A stretch of 64,000 nucleotides of DNA. Source: Eledone cirrhosa. Taxonomy: Eukaryota. Below the pieces are notes generated by a model, which was not told the origin of the DNA, made no database searches, and worked only from the letters and a program-made list of their open reading frames with translations. Of the stretch, positions 43,580 through 57,391 are shown one piece after another. The number at the start of each line of letters is the position of its first letter. Within the stretch, counting starts at the first letter, position 1. The stretch spans positions 354,640,001 to 354,704,000 of the forward strand of contig OZ024741.1 in assembly GCA_964016885.1 (NCBI GenBank). The letters run 5' to 3'. A program made the translations under genes and the position numbers.

Positions 43580-43740
43580 AATACATATATATATATATAT
43601 ACATATATACATATATATATATATACACATATATATACATATATACATATATACATATATATATATATACATATATATATACATATATATATATATACAT
43701 ATATACATATATACATATATATATATACATATATATATAT

Positions 43741-43771
<31 letters not shown>

Positions 43772-43893
43772 TACATTTATATATATACATATATATATAT
43801 ATATATACATATATATACATATAAACAAGGTTTAGTAAATAATGAAAAAGTTTCAAAATAAATTTTAAAAAATTGACTTTACCCACTATAGTT

Positions 43894-43977
43894 ACCTTTA
43901 CCGATCGGTTTCGAATCCCAAAAATAAAACGGAGACCATACGGCCTTCGTTGCAAAGAAAGATTCTCGTCAGAAGGT
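43894..43977 (-). ncRNA. type I hammerhead ribozyme in a solo pLTR (43824-44224)
   Basis: identical to 37414-37497. Confidence 0.85.
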
Positions 43978-44222
43978 TCTTTTCATTCAAAGAATATAAA
44001 ATCCCTGAATTTAAATCACAAACTAGCGCTATTAAAACTGTTCCTGGGATGAGAGTGGATGATGTAGAACAGGTTTATCAAGGGCCGTAGCAAAGATAGA
44101 GGCAAAAGGAGGTAGGTCAAACTAGCCACAGCTATTGCTAGCAGCAGTCAGAACGACCAAATTTGTTCTCAACGTTAGTGGAGGTAGTAGTAATAGGAAA
44201 TACGTTCCTTCACGCACAAGGC

Positions 44223-44300
<78 letters not shown>

Positions 44301-44844
44301 GTGTGTGTGTGTGTATGTATTACAATCTATCTTAAAGCATTACTAACTATGTTGTGGTCAAATTGTGAACATTACTACACACGTCTGGTCTATCTATTTA
44401 TATCGTCACAATTATATTTCACTCAGTACACTTATATCAAAAAAGATTCTCCAGTCAACGAATGAGACAAACAGAAATAGGTTGGTACGTGTCACTATTG
44501 AGAGTCATTCACTGACAATGGAAGCATTGAAACAGCGGTGGTATTGTTTGTAAAACAATGTTTCACTGAAAGAGACTCTATTGCCCTGGATCCAATCAAT
44601 GACAGTGACAGTGTTGGTTTCTTTAACAAGATTACTATATAGGGTTGGGGAAAATGGAAGGTTGTGGTGGTCATCACAATAATGGAGATAATGTGTTGCA
44701 GGTAATTCCCTACAGTGGAAGCATTTTTATCGTTTCTGTTCGTGTTTGTTTTCGGAGGTAGGGTGGCGGGTGTGGGGTCTTTTCCATTTCTATCCACTAG
44801 CTCCGAACAGTTTGTCATACCTGTCAATTTTTTTCCATATCTTC

Positions 44845-45025
44845 TCCGATTACAGCTCCGATAATGTGGACATGTGGACAGAATGTCTCAAGAAAGAATC
44901 GCTGGACAGAGATTTACGGACGAAGCCAACGGCCAGGAGACGCAGGAGTAGACTCCGAGCAAGATGGTTGGATAACATCCATGTGCCGGATCAACTCGAG
45001 ACAGTTGTTTTTGACAGGACTTGAC
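44845..45025 (+). mobile_element. RTE (Expander-like) 3' fragment
   Basis: GHVDRMSQER..KPTARRRRSRLRARWLDNI; same family as 61420-61790. Confidence 0.65.
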
Positions 45026-45398
45026 GAAGGGAGAAGACCATACACACATACATGATGGCTGCAAACTCTGCTAAGAGTATTGCAATAGCCCGTCAGATTA
45101 CAGAAAATGGTGCACTCTTAGGCCACGGCCAGCCACACGAACCTGTAACACATCCTGAACAAGCAATGCCTGTGCTTTGAAAGTTTTTTAAGTGGGGAAG
45201 GGCCTTGCACTCGACCAATCCCACTCTCTGAGCATCGAAAACACTTCCCGAAAAGGAGAACTGGTCAACATCATCGGATGTTTCCGAAGCCGCAGGTTTT
45301 TTTCAGAGTTTCCCTCTGTTAGAAAGGTGTTGTGAAAACAACTGGGGCCCTTTCATTCCCATGTAAAAAAAACAAAACAAATACACACATACATATAG

Positions 45399-45642
45399 AG
45401 GGGCGGTAGAAACATTTGTGGATTGGAGGGGTGGGGGTTCCAAATTTGGACAATTTAGTTGTAGTGATTAGTTTAGCTCTTTGCACTCTAAAATGGTCAG
45501 AAAACTTCGATATGCGATAAACATAACATTTACATTAATTGTAGTGCATATCCAAATAGATGTGTGTTTGGTAGTTTGGAGAGAAAATATAATCATTGGG
45601 GGGGGGGGGGGGTGACCCCCCCCCCCAGTTCCACCGTCACTG
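45399..45642. mobile_element. MITE; inverted copy at 51669-51893
   Basis: termini ggggcggtagaa / ttccaccgtcactg; the copy has cagtggcggtggaa / cccaccgcccctg. Confidence 0.6.
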
Positions 45643-45986
45643 TATATATGATTTTAAAAAATCATGTTCTGTAACCTTTCCTAAGGGGTTAATGTATCGA
45701 GCTTCTTCGCATTTGGTAAGAAACTGGTATTATACCCAATTTATTCATCTCTTAAATATATATATATATATATATATATAAAATAAACTAAAATAAAATA
45801 AAATAAAATAAATAAGTCAAATATTTAAAATTTGGCTTCGTTTAAACGAAGCCAAATTTTAAATATTTGACTTATTTATTTTAGTTTATTTTACATTACT
45901 CCGGAGTAACCAAACCAACCTGCGCACTTCGTCGAGTGCTCCAATCTGCATACTTAGGTATCGGCAAACAACCAACATATACTAAA

Positions 45987-46020
<34 letters not shown>

Positions 46021-46032
46021 TATGTCCATCAT

Positions 46033-46066
<34 letters not shown>

Positions 46067-46852
46067 TTATTTATTATGGCTTTGTGAACTTTGTTACTCT
46101 AAAGTTTCACCTGCTCACTCACAAGATCACCAGTCTTCTACAGAGTAATAAGGCTTAGCCATAATAAATGAATATTTAAACTCTACTTCGGTATTGAGTT
46201 TTCATTCTTACGCCCTTCAATAATTCACGCTTATTAATTTGTCAAACCCCTCCCCAGTTTTTATTCCACCCCACTTATTAACTTTTGCTAATCTATCTCG
46301 TGCGAAATGTTATTGTAAGTGATTCATATTGATACAGCATCTGGAAAAAATCTAATAGTAATTTTATTTTACATTAAAAAAACATTATATATGACAAAAG
46401 AAGAACATTACAAGAAATCCCATATTTACGAACGTACACTATACAATTAATGATTTGCCAAGCCCCCCCCCCCCCCACACCACCATTGTGGACACCCCTC
46501 ATATCATTTGGGCCCCGAGAGTGCCACAAAACTCTCCCCCTCTCTATGCCTACCACACAAAGCTCTCTTTTAATCCCCCTCTTTGTAGCTAATAAAACCA
46601 AAGACTACTCCTCTCTATATCTACCACGACACCGCCTCTCTTATCCCACTCCCTACATCTAAGACTATTACACTCTCTCACTCTCTATATCCACACTCTC
46701 CTATTATCTCATTATATACGACACTCTCCCATTATCCCTCTTTGTATATCTACAACCACCAAATTCTCCCCCTCTCTATATCTACTACACGGTATCTCTT
46801 CCAAAACCCCTCTCTATATCAATTAACACAAAACTCTCCTCCACTCTATATC

Positions 46853-46914
<62 letters not shown>

Positions 46915-48060
46915 CGGACATTACTGAAAGATATCAATTTTATCTATTGTATTATTGTTTCTAGTGCTTTCCGCGGACATCATAAGAATAAATCTGTTGG
47001 TAATGGCTTAAAAGTGATATGAAATGGACGAAGTATACAAGAAATCTTTTTAAAAAGTTAACTTTTTGTTCTTGCTTCTTTACGCCTGAGAATACACATT
47101 ATAAAGTGTGGTGGGCGGGAATTGGATGTTGAAGCGTTCATATTTTTTTCTTAATCGATTTAGCGATACGTGGTGAAGAATAGATACGACTCCAAGGAAT
47201 AGGAAGCCGTTCGCCAGATCTGACAGAGGAAGTTATGTCTCGATTTGTCATTTCTGGCGACAGGAGGCGGGATTTGAACTGAGAATGCACAAAGCTGGAA
47301 GAAATATCACAAAGCATCCCGTGGGACGTTTTAACAATTCTACTAATCCACCACCTCGGTGAGTCTGGTGATTTATTTATCGACCTCCGAGTGATGAAAA
47401 GCAAAATTAAGTTCAGTAGGATTCGAACTTTGAACTTACAGAAGTGGATCAGAAACCACAAAGCATTTAATGACTTCCAATTCGCCGCCAACCAAATTGC
47501 AAAAGAAGTTTACAAATAAAAAAGATAGTTAAAATGATACACTCGGCAACGATTAAATAAAGCCGGCAGCTTTAAATTAAAATACCAAAATGTATAACAA
47601 AAGTCAAGAGTTTGTTGTGTATATTGCATATAATTAATTGGCTTCTATTGTAAATCGAAACTGGTTCATCGGCTTCACTCACTTTGTGTTTCTCAAATAA
47701 AGTAATAAGTATGAAGTAATAAGTATGAAGAAGAAGAAAAAAAGAAAAATAAACACTGTTTTGAAACCTAAATATATCTTCGCTTTTCCCATATTCTAAT
47801 TATATGGATGACGTCTTTATTAAATACCAATCTTTAGTGTCGACATAATATATTCACTGAACGGAAAAACTCAACTCAACTGAAGTATCATGTAAACATT
47901 TATAAACTGAACTATCTGATGTTAACAATGGTATTGGTTAAATTATTTCAGTGGGTTGTAGGAAGTAGGTTGATTAAATGAGTAGTATCCGCTACGAACA
48001 TATCTAAGTAACAGCATAAATTAATTACTGGTTTTATTCTTATTGTTATTATTCCATAGG

Positions 48061-48665
48061 ATGTTGGATGGACAGTCGTTAGAGCGTCGGACAAAGCACT
48101 TTGAGGAATTTAGTTATGGTCTTTTACGTTCTGAGTTCGAATCCTATCGAAGTCAACTTTATCTTTCATCCTTCTTGGATCGATAAAATTAAAGTACCGG
48201 TAAGATACTGAGGTCGATATAATCGAGTTTCTCCTCCTCCCCCCCCACACGAATTGCTGGCCTTGTGCCAATGTTAGAAAGAATTATTTCATGGGATGGT
48301 AGATTGGCAGGGTCGTTAGAACGCCGGACAACTGCTCTTTACGTTCTGAGTTCAAATTCCAGTGAGGTCAACTTTGCCTTTCATCTTTTCAAGGTCGTTA
48401 AAATAAAGTACCTGTTAAGAACTGGAGTCGATTTAATCGATTTTCCTTCTCACCAAAATTGCTGACCTTGTGCCTAAATTAGAAACAATTATTAGTATTT
48501 AATGATCACCATGATGATGATCGTCATCATCATTCTCCGAGGTCAACTCTGACATTAATCCTTCCGAGATCGATGAAATAAAGTACCAGTCAAGTACTGG
48601 GTCTGATCTAATTGACTGATTCGATTCCGCAAATTTCTGGCTTGGTCCCTATGTTAGAAACAATT
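48061..48665 (+). mobile_element. cluster of three dominant-family SINEs
   Basis: cores at about 48130, 48345 and 48540, each ending ccttgtgcc..ttagaaa. Confidence 0.75.
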
Positions 48666-49349
48666 GTTGTTGTTGCACTTGAGCTTCGGTATTATGGAGG
48701 CGTCTTCATCTCATTCCTAGGAAATTGGAAGGAAATTTCTCTCTTTAAGATTATTTAAAAAGCAAAAAAATAAAATAAAAAGAAAGAGAAAAAAGGTCTG
48801 TTTTTAAGCATATTATGTTGTTTTTTTTTCCAGTACAGTTTCTCGTTTTAGATATGCCGAAAATGCTCTCCGAAAATAAAATTTGAACGGAACAGCCCTG
48901 AATATAAATGGAGACAAGAAAAAACAAATTCCATTAAACACATGCACAGCAATATGTCACAAAATGAAGAGACTTCTTCATTGAGAGATTTATCAAGGAA
49001 TGGGCAGGAAGGAAGGAAACTTAGCTCTTCCTTGAGACTAAGGAAAGAGGGTTTTTAATTGCTTTCAGTTGAAGGAGTTCCTAAGTGACATATGGAACCA
49101 TGTTTCTTCTAGTTATCGGAACAAGGCATATGGGAGTAAGTGCCTAGTCTTCAAAACTGAGGACGAGACTGTAAAATAGAAGGATTCGTTACGTCACAAA
49201 CCTGCTCATAAACTGGTTCTATAATACATGAGATGACGCATCGCGAGGATCACGGTGAAGGAGATTGGTAGAAAAGTTGACCCTTGGATTATCACTTGTG
49301 AGGTATGGTAAGGGCAGGAGGTGAGCGCTAAAGAGACCAAAAAGCGATA

Positions 49350-50640
49350 AGTTTTACTGGGGAGGCTTAATAAAGAGATCCCTCTATAATTAGAGCAATC
49401 TATCTTGACTCTTTTTGAAAATTGGGATTACCACTTTCGATTACAATTGCTTAGATGCCTTTCTAGAGATCTAGGCCACCTGGCATACATGAGAATACCT
49501 TCTCTATTTAAGGACCGAATTTCATCTTCCTCAGAACCCTGCCATATTTGAGCTCTTTAGTAGCTCTGGTGACCTCAGCCTTGGAGAAGTTAGTCATAGC
49601 TCCCAGATGTACCTCATGTAATTCAGATAATGCTATTGTGACCGAATTTAGGAGATCAGCAAAGCATTCTCTCCACCTCGCGTGGACGCAACTCTTGGAA
49701 GAGGGGAGAACAACGAACTCGTTCCTGAGAGCAGACGTAGATGGGGACTTCCTGTTACGAAGTAGGCGGATGGTCTGCCAAAATACTTTATTTGTTAATC
49801 TAAAGTCGAATCCCAGTGTAATCCCAAAGTCCTTTCATGTCTTAAGAGCTGAAGCAGAAACTATTGAGCCGAACAGTTTACACTCCGTTTCAACGTCCTC
49901 AGTTTGCTCAGGGAGTTCTCTGAATGTTGATGCACACTATCCACGTACCTGGTCATGACCTTATCAGCCAGCGCTTCCCACTTTATTCTGTAGGTCGAGC
50001 TGGATTTTCTTTTGTGGATTTTCTTGGCTTTAGGTAGTTTCAAACAGTAGGTAACTAAAAGATGATCAGTTGACAACTTAGCCTCTCTTAACATAAATAT
50101 TCAGCACAGAATCGAAGCGATCAGAGGCAATCACAAAATCAATTATTGATCCATGTCCCCAATTTTCCCTTATTCCATGTGTATTTATGGATGTTTTGTG
50201 TTGGAAGAAGGTGTTTATAATAGAGACTCCATTACTGGAGCAAACATCCAATAAGGCCTCACCATTCGTATTTAGACCGGGATTGCCGTTCCTTCCAATC
50301 ACTCCTTTCTATGTCAGATAGTCAGTGTCAACATGTGCATTGAAGGCTCCCATTAGGATATATGATTCAGTCATAACTACATCTAACGCTGCAGTGATTT
50401 CATCAAGGACAGGTCTGTATTCGGACTCTCTGTTTGGTGCATAAACTTGCACCACCCACAGAGACCTTTTTTTCAGCCTCCACTACGCCTCAAGCTTCAT
50501 GAGTCAATTCTTACCGTGCAGTCATAACATATTCCGACAGCCGGGTACTTGTGAGTATCCCCACTCCCACCTGTGCAGTCATTTCTGGCGTCACACCTGA
50601 CTAGTGGTGTTTCCATCCTGCATCCAAATCTACAGTACCA
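49350..50640 (-). mobile_element. degenerate RTE (Expander/Rex3-like) LINE: APE to RT start
   Basis: VGVGIL, QVYAPN, LMGAFNAHV, VIGRNG..NTNGEALLDVC..NTFFQHK, SIIDFVI, STDHLLV, FWQTIRLLR. Confidence 0.85.
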
Positions 50641-50794
50641 GAGTCACCGAAGTAGAGTTTAAAAATTCATTTATTATGGCTAAGTCTTGTTACTCTGGTG
50701 TCTCACCTGCGTACTCATCAGACAAGATAGTGATCCTTGAGTGCGCAGGTGAAACTTTAGAGTAACAAAGCTCACCAATAGCCATAATAAATGA

Positions 50795-50838
<44 letters not shown>

Positions 50839-50879
50839 AAATAAATAAGTCAAATATTTAAAATGTGGCTTCGTTTATT

Positions 50880-50934
50880 ACTGCTATATATATTTCGGTG
50901 ACAGCCATCTTTGGCTGTGACCTCTTCAGGCAGT
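50880..50934 (-). ncRNA. type I hammerhead ribozyme
   Basis: actgc-CTGAAGA-ggtcacagcca aaga tggctgtcacc-GAAA-tatata-TA-gcagt. Confidence 0.85.
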
Positions 50935-51419
50935 CCGAATTGGTGTGGTAGAGACTGGTACACATGTTGTTGAGGTGTTTAACTCCATCAATACTCCGAT
51001 ATGCCCAGTTCCTGGTTGGGTTGTTATTTCTCTGAGGAACTGGAATCATATATATATATATATATATACAAATATATATCTATATCCGTGTGTGTATGTG
51101 TGTGTGTGTGTGATGTATCAGAATGGAAGCGGTAAAAACCAGTTAGACCATTACTCACCAGAGTACTCGATACTTGGGGTAGTAGAGTGGGAGTTCGGAT
51201 CTAGCTGTTGAAAAGACATATATATATATATATATATATATAAACAATGAGTTATATGGTTTGTTGATTATTATTCAACAGAGTTAATTTTATAACAAAT
51301 TTGAAACACTCTACAGAATTTATCTGGAGTATTATTAATATTAACAATTGACTGCCGATAGCGGGCTTATACTAGTAAGTTTGCGCTAATGTATGTCAAT
51401 ATCTTAACACCAAATATTA

Positions 51420-51479
51420 TATTTTATCTGATGAAAGCACACTAAAATTTAGTATCCTTGAAATACGTATAATAAAATA
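51420..51479 (+). ncRNA. type I hammerhead ribozyme in a solo element (51241-51522)
   Basis: tattttat-CTGATGA-aag..actaaaatttagt..ctt-GAAA-tacgta-TA-ataaaata. Confidence 0.82.
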
Positions 51480-51519
51480 AATATGGCATTATAAAGATAT
51501 TTTCCATTTATTAATATTG

Positions 51520-51557
<38 letters not shown>

Positions 51558-52997
51558 AGATGAATAAATTGGGTATAATACCAGTTTCTTACCAAATGCG
51601 AAGAAGCTCGAAATATTAACCCCCTTGGAAAGGGCACACAGCATAATTTTTCATAAATCATATCTATACAGTGGCGGTGGAAGTGGGGTGGGGGACATGC
51701 CCCCTCCAATAATTATATTTTCTCCCCAAACTACCAAAACACAAATCTATTTGGATATGCGCTAAAATTTATGTAAATGTTATGTTTATCGCATATCGAA
51801 GTTTTCTGACCATTTTAGAGTGAAAAGAGCTAAACTGATCACTACAACTAAATTGTCCAAATTTGCACCCCACCCCCACTCCCACCGCCCCTGTCATAGA
51901 GTTACTCCTACCCATTGATGTCTCGGTCTTTAAGCCAACGTGTTCTCTCAACAACGGTTAGTTATATACAAATTTTAACATGCTACAAACACGCACACCA
52001 AACCATCACACAGACACTCACATAATTTTCCTGTGAATATCTTGGTTTTTCCTATATTGTCACAATGACTTTGAAGCAAGTTATTAAGTAATAAAATTAT
52101 TAAAGTAGTGGATCTTATTTATCGTTCATTCACTGCGGCATTTCACATAGCTCTTTATATGTGTACAGATCAACTTATACACTCACCCACCATGCCAACG
52201 TGTACTACAATTTCTACCATACTACAATGAACCACTGACCAATTCATTCAACAAAACATCAAATTCCTACCCGTTCCAATTGGTGAACACATTCGGTCAC
52301 CACCACAAACCAATAGATTTACATACCTGTTACACACACGCACGCACGCGCGCACACACACACGCGCGCACACACACACGCACATACATACATACATAAC
52401 TGCATGTGCACATGTGCAGATGCAAAGCATATGCACACATATAACTCAAAACATATACATCCACGCATACAATAACATCCATACCTGCACACGCATGCAT
52501 GCATGCAGACATGCATACATATCTACCTAGTTGATGCTGTGTAAATCCCAATGAGAGAGTCTTGCATCTATGTTAAAAACCGACTCTCTCTTTATTGGTA
52601 AACATTTATACCTGGAGAAGGATAGGCTCCGCTAGGTTTAAAATACCCTATACACACCGTGTGTGAGGACGGCGACCCGCCGACTCAACAAGAAATAATG
52701 GACCCTTTCGCTTTTACTTTACCTCGAAAAGTAGACAGAACTTTAGAACCTGATTCATCACCCAAATATTAGGCCTGGCCTATTTAAAAATGTAATTAAT
52801 CATTACATCGTGTCAAATCTGATACTAATCGACAATAAACAATGCCGGACACATTATATTCCACTTTTTGTGTTAGCTTTTGCTTAGATTCATACTTCAT
52901 TGGTAATACGATAAGAAAAAAAAGTCACTAGTATTTTCCACAGATACCTTAAAATAATTCAATTCTCGCCTTTGAACTAATTTTTTTCTCTTCCTAG

Positions 52998-53194
52998 ATC
53001 GAAACAAGTATTATTACCAAGAAGTAAACTTTTGAAAGAGATGGAAAGATAAAGAAGTTCAAACAATTTAGAACATTGAGTAAACGAAGAAACATCACTG
53101 GTAGAGATGATTATTAGATAGAATTAACCACAGATTTTGAAGAAAGCTTAATCGGCATAAGGCAACAAAATGGCGTTAAGCAAGCAACGTCAAA
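52998..53194 (+). other. candidate host exon: 5' UTR plus start of CDS (ATG 53170, MALSKQRQ)
   Basis: branch-like CTAAT, polypyrimidine tract and TAG acceptor; donor GTAAGT at 53195; caaaATGG start context; not recognisably repetitive. Confidence 0.5.
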
Positions 53195-53302
53195 GTAAGT
53201 TTATTTTTTAAATTTCAAATAAATTACTTCTTTTTGATGTTGTAGTAATTAATCGTTTTTTAAATTTTCTTTTGCTCGCTATTTAAAAAAAAAATAGTAA
53301 TG

Positions 53303-54040
53303 GTTTCGGATTTAGGCACAAGGCCAACAATTTCGGGAGAAGGGAAAGTCGATTAAATCGACCCCAGTGCGTTACTGGTACTTTATTTTATCGACCCCGT
53401 AAGGATGAAAGGCAAAGCTAGCCTCGGCGGGATTTGAACTCAGAACGTAAAGGGCCGTAACTATATTCCGCAAATCATGTCCGACGTTCTGCCGATACTG
53501 CTAATCTACTGCCCTTTTTATGGTTTCTGATTTAGACCCAAGGCCAGCAATTTGTGTTGGCTGGGGGTGGCGGTTATTAAACCAACACCAGTACCGACCT
53601 CGGAAAGATGAAAATCAAAATTGAACTCGACGAGAATTGAAATCAGAGTACAGAGACCCGGATTAAGTACCGACAAGCATTTTGTCCTACATTCTTAGAA
53701 CTTTACTAATTCGCCGCCCGGAGAACGTCGATGTGATTGCTAATCACTGTCGTCTGTTAGTGAGTGAAAATCTACCAACCAATCACATAGGGATTTTTTT
53801 TCCTTCATAGCAGACTAGAATGTTCGTGTATAAAGCGGTTGTTCTATTCTAGATAAGATATGATTTCTAATTTAGACACAAAGTCAACAATTTGGCGGGA
53901 GTGGAGAGTCGATTAAATGGACTCGAGAAGGATGAAAGGTAAAGTTAACCTCGGCGGGATTTGAACTGGGAACCTAAAGAGCCGGAATAGATAGAATAAA
54001 ACGTTTTGTCCGACCTCCTAACGTCTCTTCCAACACACCG
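53303..54040 (-). mobile_element. cluster of three dominant-family SINEs
   Basis: 53303-53514, 53522-53718, 53862-54040. Confidence 0.75.
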
Positions 54041-54889
54041 CAAAATATGCGATCGATAGACCCTTAAGTGAAAGCCTAGTGTAGTAAATGATCTTCTCTG
54101 TTATATAGTTAAGTGGCTGCCATGAAAGAAATTTCAGATTTTGAAGTGAAGCCTCTACCATTTATAAAATGTATACTAGTTTTAGAAGAGTATAATAGTA
54201 TTCGTGAGTAGGTGAGGAAGTGTGTGCTTCCTTTATAAGTGTGGTGACTGAGTTGTGGCTGTTGTTGTTGTTTCTCCTGTTGTAGTTGTTTTGCCTCAGA
54301 TCAACCCTAATCGAGTAAACTTATGATCAAAAGTATTCTACTCGTTGGCATTTTGTCTTTGTAGGGGTTGTATTGGACAGCATTATCAAATGTGTCTTTC
54401 TCTTAATTGAAGACAGTAGGCTGTTATTTTAGGGAAACTTCACTGCCCTTTCTAACAGGTTGGACGTCCACGTACATGCTTGATCATTATACAATGTCAT
54501 GTTCCTCTTCACTGATATTAAGGTATGTTTTCATGGAAGTTTTTCATGTTAAACCTAAGATGTCTCAGTATTATCTATAGACAAAATTATATCGAATTAT
54601 GAAAAGTGCTATCATCTGCAGATAAGTGTGTTTAACTGGAAGTCATGACGGATAGGTCGTAGCTGTAGACAAGGGAGAGTGTGGAGACATAAACGGTCCA
54701 ATGAGCAATGTTAGAGTTGAGGGAGTGTGGATCGGAGAGAGAATCTGTTGACAGGAAACTTCTATGACTGTTACTATATTTTATCAATCCACGGAAGATA
54801 GAAAGCAAAGTTGATCGCGGTGAGATTCGAAATCGTACTTTCTGCTTTGCATCTCTAGTCTCATTGCTTTTATTTCTGCACTCAAAAGA

Positions 54890-55800
54890 AGGCGAGGGAT
54901 TGGCAGAATTGTTAGAGTGTCGGACAAAATGCTTTGTGGCATTTAGTTACGACCTGTTGTATTCTGAGTTCAAATCCTACCGTCTACTTTGCCATTCATC
55001 CTTCCGGGGTCGATATAATCCATGTTCCCCTACCCACAAATTGCTGGCCTTGTGTCTAATTTAGAAGTCATTCCTTCACCTACAACAGCTGAGAGTATTT
55101 GTTGACTGGAAACTTCCATGACTGGTACTTTATTTTATCGACCCCGGAACGATAAACAGCAACGTCGACCGGGGTGAGATTTGAAATCTTAACTGCCACA
55201 GGAGTAACAATCTGTAGAGATCTGGGGGAAGAGGGTCGAGGCGTCAAGCCCGGGTGACGCTTTTATGGGGGCGGTACTTTTGGGTTTGTAGCGGCTAAAT
55301 CAAAGACTGCCCCGGGCGGCACAAACTCTAGCTACGCCACTGGTAACAGCTGAACTTTCTGCTCCACATTGCAAGTCCTATTGCTTTTATTTCTGCACAC
55401 ACAGTGGGACATTACACTTCTGGGCCGTATGGTTTTCGGGGACTGTTAGTACTTGTAAACCCCCTTTTAAGCATTCAGACTAAGTCTGTGGTTTGAGAAT
55501 ATCTACACCCACTGAGAAGGCAGTGAATTTACAGAATCGTTAGAATGTCGGATTAAAAATGCTTCTATATTTGTTCCGGCTCTCTGCGCTCTGAGTTCAA
55601 ATCCTACCAAGCTCACCATTGCCTTTCATCTTTTCGAGGTCGATAAATAAAGTACCAGTCTAGTACTGGGATCGATTCTTCATGTATCTCTCTTTACCCC
55701 TTTCTCTCTCTATCGTTCTTTCTCTGAAAGACATCGACTGAGTTTTGACCTGGAGAGGGATGGGCTCCGCCTGATATAAAATGCCCAAGAAAGACAAGCG
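54890..55800. mobile_element. SINE copies (54890-55068 +, 55120-55190 -, 55518-55800 +) and a MITE remnant (55215-55342)
   Basis: SINE cores as above; ctagctacgccactg terminus. Confidence 0.6.
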
Positions 55801-56230
55801 GAAACTTGGCCCGAATGCTTGCAATACAATGCACCCAAGGGTTATGCAGTGGTATTAAACCGAGCTATGGATTATGTCTAGTAAAGTGAATCCGTAGAAA
55901 TAGGTATTTTTTATGCACAGCAACCTATATAATCCCCACAAGAACTAAGAATAGTTTGCTTGGCCGTTCGCTTTACACCATTAACACCAGATTCTCCTTA
56001 ACAGTAGCCGATAATCTATGTGATGGTCATTTTCAAAAGCTATGGGGGTAAAAAATCAAGTCAAAAGAAACAAAAAAGAAAACAAAACAAAAGAAACAAA
56101 AAGAAGAACAAAAAACAGCTCCCACTCCTTTACCCTATCGGAAATCCGGTCCCATAAATTCCTCGGATAGAGAGGAAGGAGAGGGCGAGAGGTATATACA
56201 CAGTGTATATATATATATATATATATATAT

Positions 56231-57140
56231 AAATGAGACGTATAGAGATTGTTTTAGCAAGAAGCTAACGGCATTCTATAACATATATGCGACTATAACG
56301 TCAAGATGGGAAAAGTAGTTAACGAAAGATTTAGGAAAAATAACTCAAACTCATCTCAAAAGAGAATCAGGATACAAATTCATCCACAGAATTTAGTAAA
56401 ATCCATGGAAAAATCTATAGACCTTTAACTCATGATAAAACAAAGTTTGAAACACTTATCCTTCAATTTGGAATAACATCAAATGCTCTGTATAGTCTTA
56501 AAAGACTATTTCATGAAAACTTTCAGTGGAGATGGTCACGGTTGGAATATCATTCATCAGCAGAGCTCAACAGAAAACCAGGGCTCTCACAGTAATATAG
56601 TCCGAAAAAGGGAATTCTAAAACTGGCTAGTTCGCCTTCATGTGTATTTATGAAAAAGCACATGAGGAAAAAACGGGGCTAGTGACGTCAGGATGGAAGT
56701 GAATGTTTATTTACAAGAAATAGCAGTCAAATACATTCTGAAAAAAACTCTACAAGGAGTTCAGCAAAATAGCAATAATTATCACAGTTTTTATGAAAAA
56801 AACCGGGATTAGTCACAGATAGTTTAAGCACTCTAGGAAAAGAATCCGAGTATAAATATAAATGAGACGTATAGAGATTGTTTTAGCAAGAAGCTAACGG
56901 CATTCTATAACATATATGCGACTATAACGTCAAGATGGGAAAAGTAGTTAACGAAAGATTTAGGAAAAATAACTCAAACTCATCTCAAAAGAGAATCAGG
57001 ATACAAATTCATCCACAGAATTTAGTAAAATCCATGGAAAAATCTATAGACCTTTAACTCATGATAAAACAAAGTTTGAAACACTTATCCTTCAATTTGG
57101 AATAACATCAAATGCTCTGTATAGTCTTAAAAGACTATTT
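56231..57140 (-). mobile_element. hammerhead-bearing element, 630-bp unit present about 1.4 times
   Basis: 56231-56510 appears identical to 56861-57140; (TA)n on both sides. Confidence 0.85.
56485..56566 (-). ncRNA. type I hammerhead ribozyme with stable stem III
   Basis: gctctg-CTGATGA-atga..tcat-GAAA-tagtctt tt aagacta-TA-cagagc. Confidence 0.88.
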
Positions 57141-57359
57141 ATATATATATATATAAATACATTATCGGAGAAAGCTAATAGCGATACTCCGGCCAAATCC
57201 CAACTCCCTCAACAAACATTAGGAAATAAGTGAGTATATTCCTAAATAAACGTTCGGGGTGCTAACTATTTGTATTGTGTGGAACATTGACTGTATTATT
57301 TCACACACACACACGCACACGCACGCGCGCACGCACGCACGCACGCACGCACGGACACA

Positions 57360-57391
<32 letters not shown>

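Noticed and set aside
44505-44560. CTGACAA..GAAAC hammerhead-like string
   Set aside because: Core mismatch and no convincing stem I
48820-48900. Polypyrimidine/AG acceptor suggesting an exon
   Set aside because: No clear donor or open frame downstream
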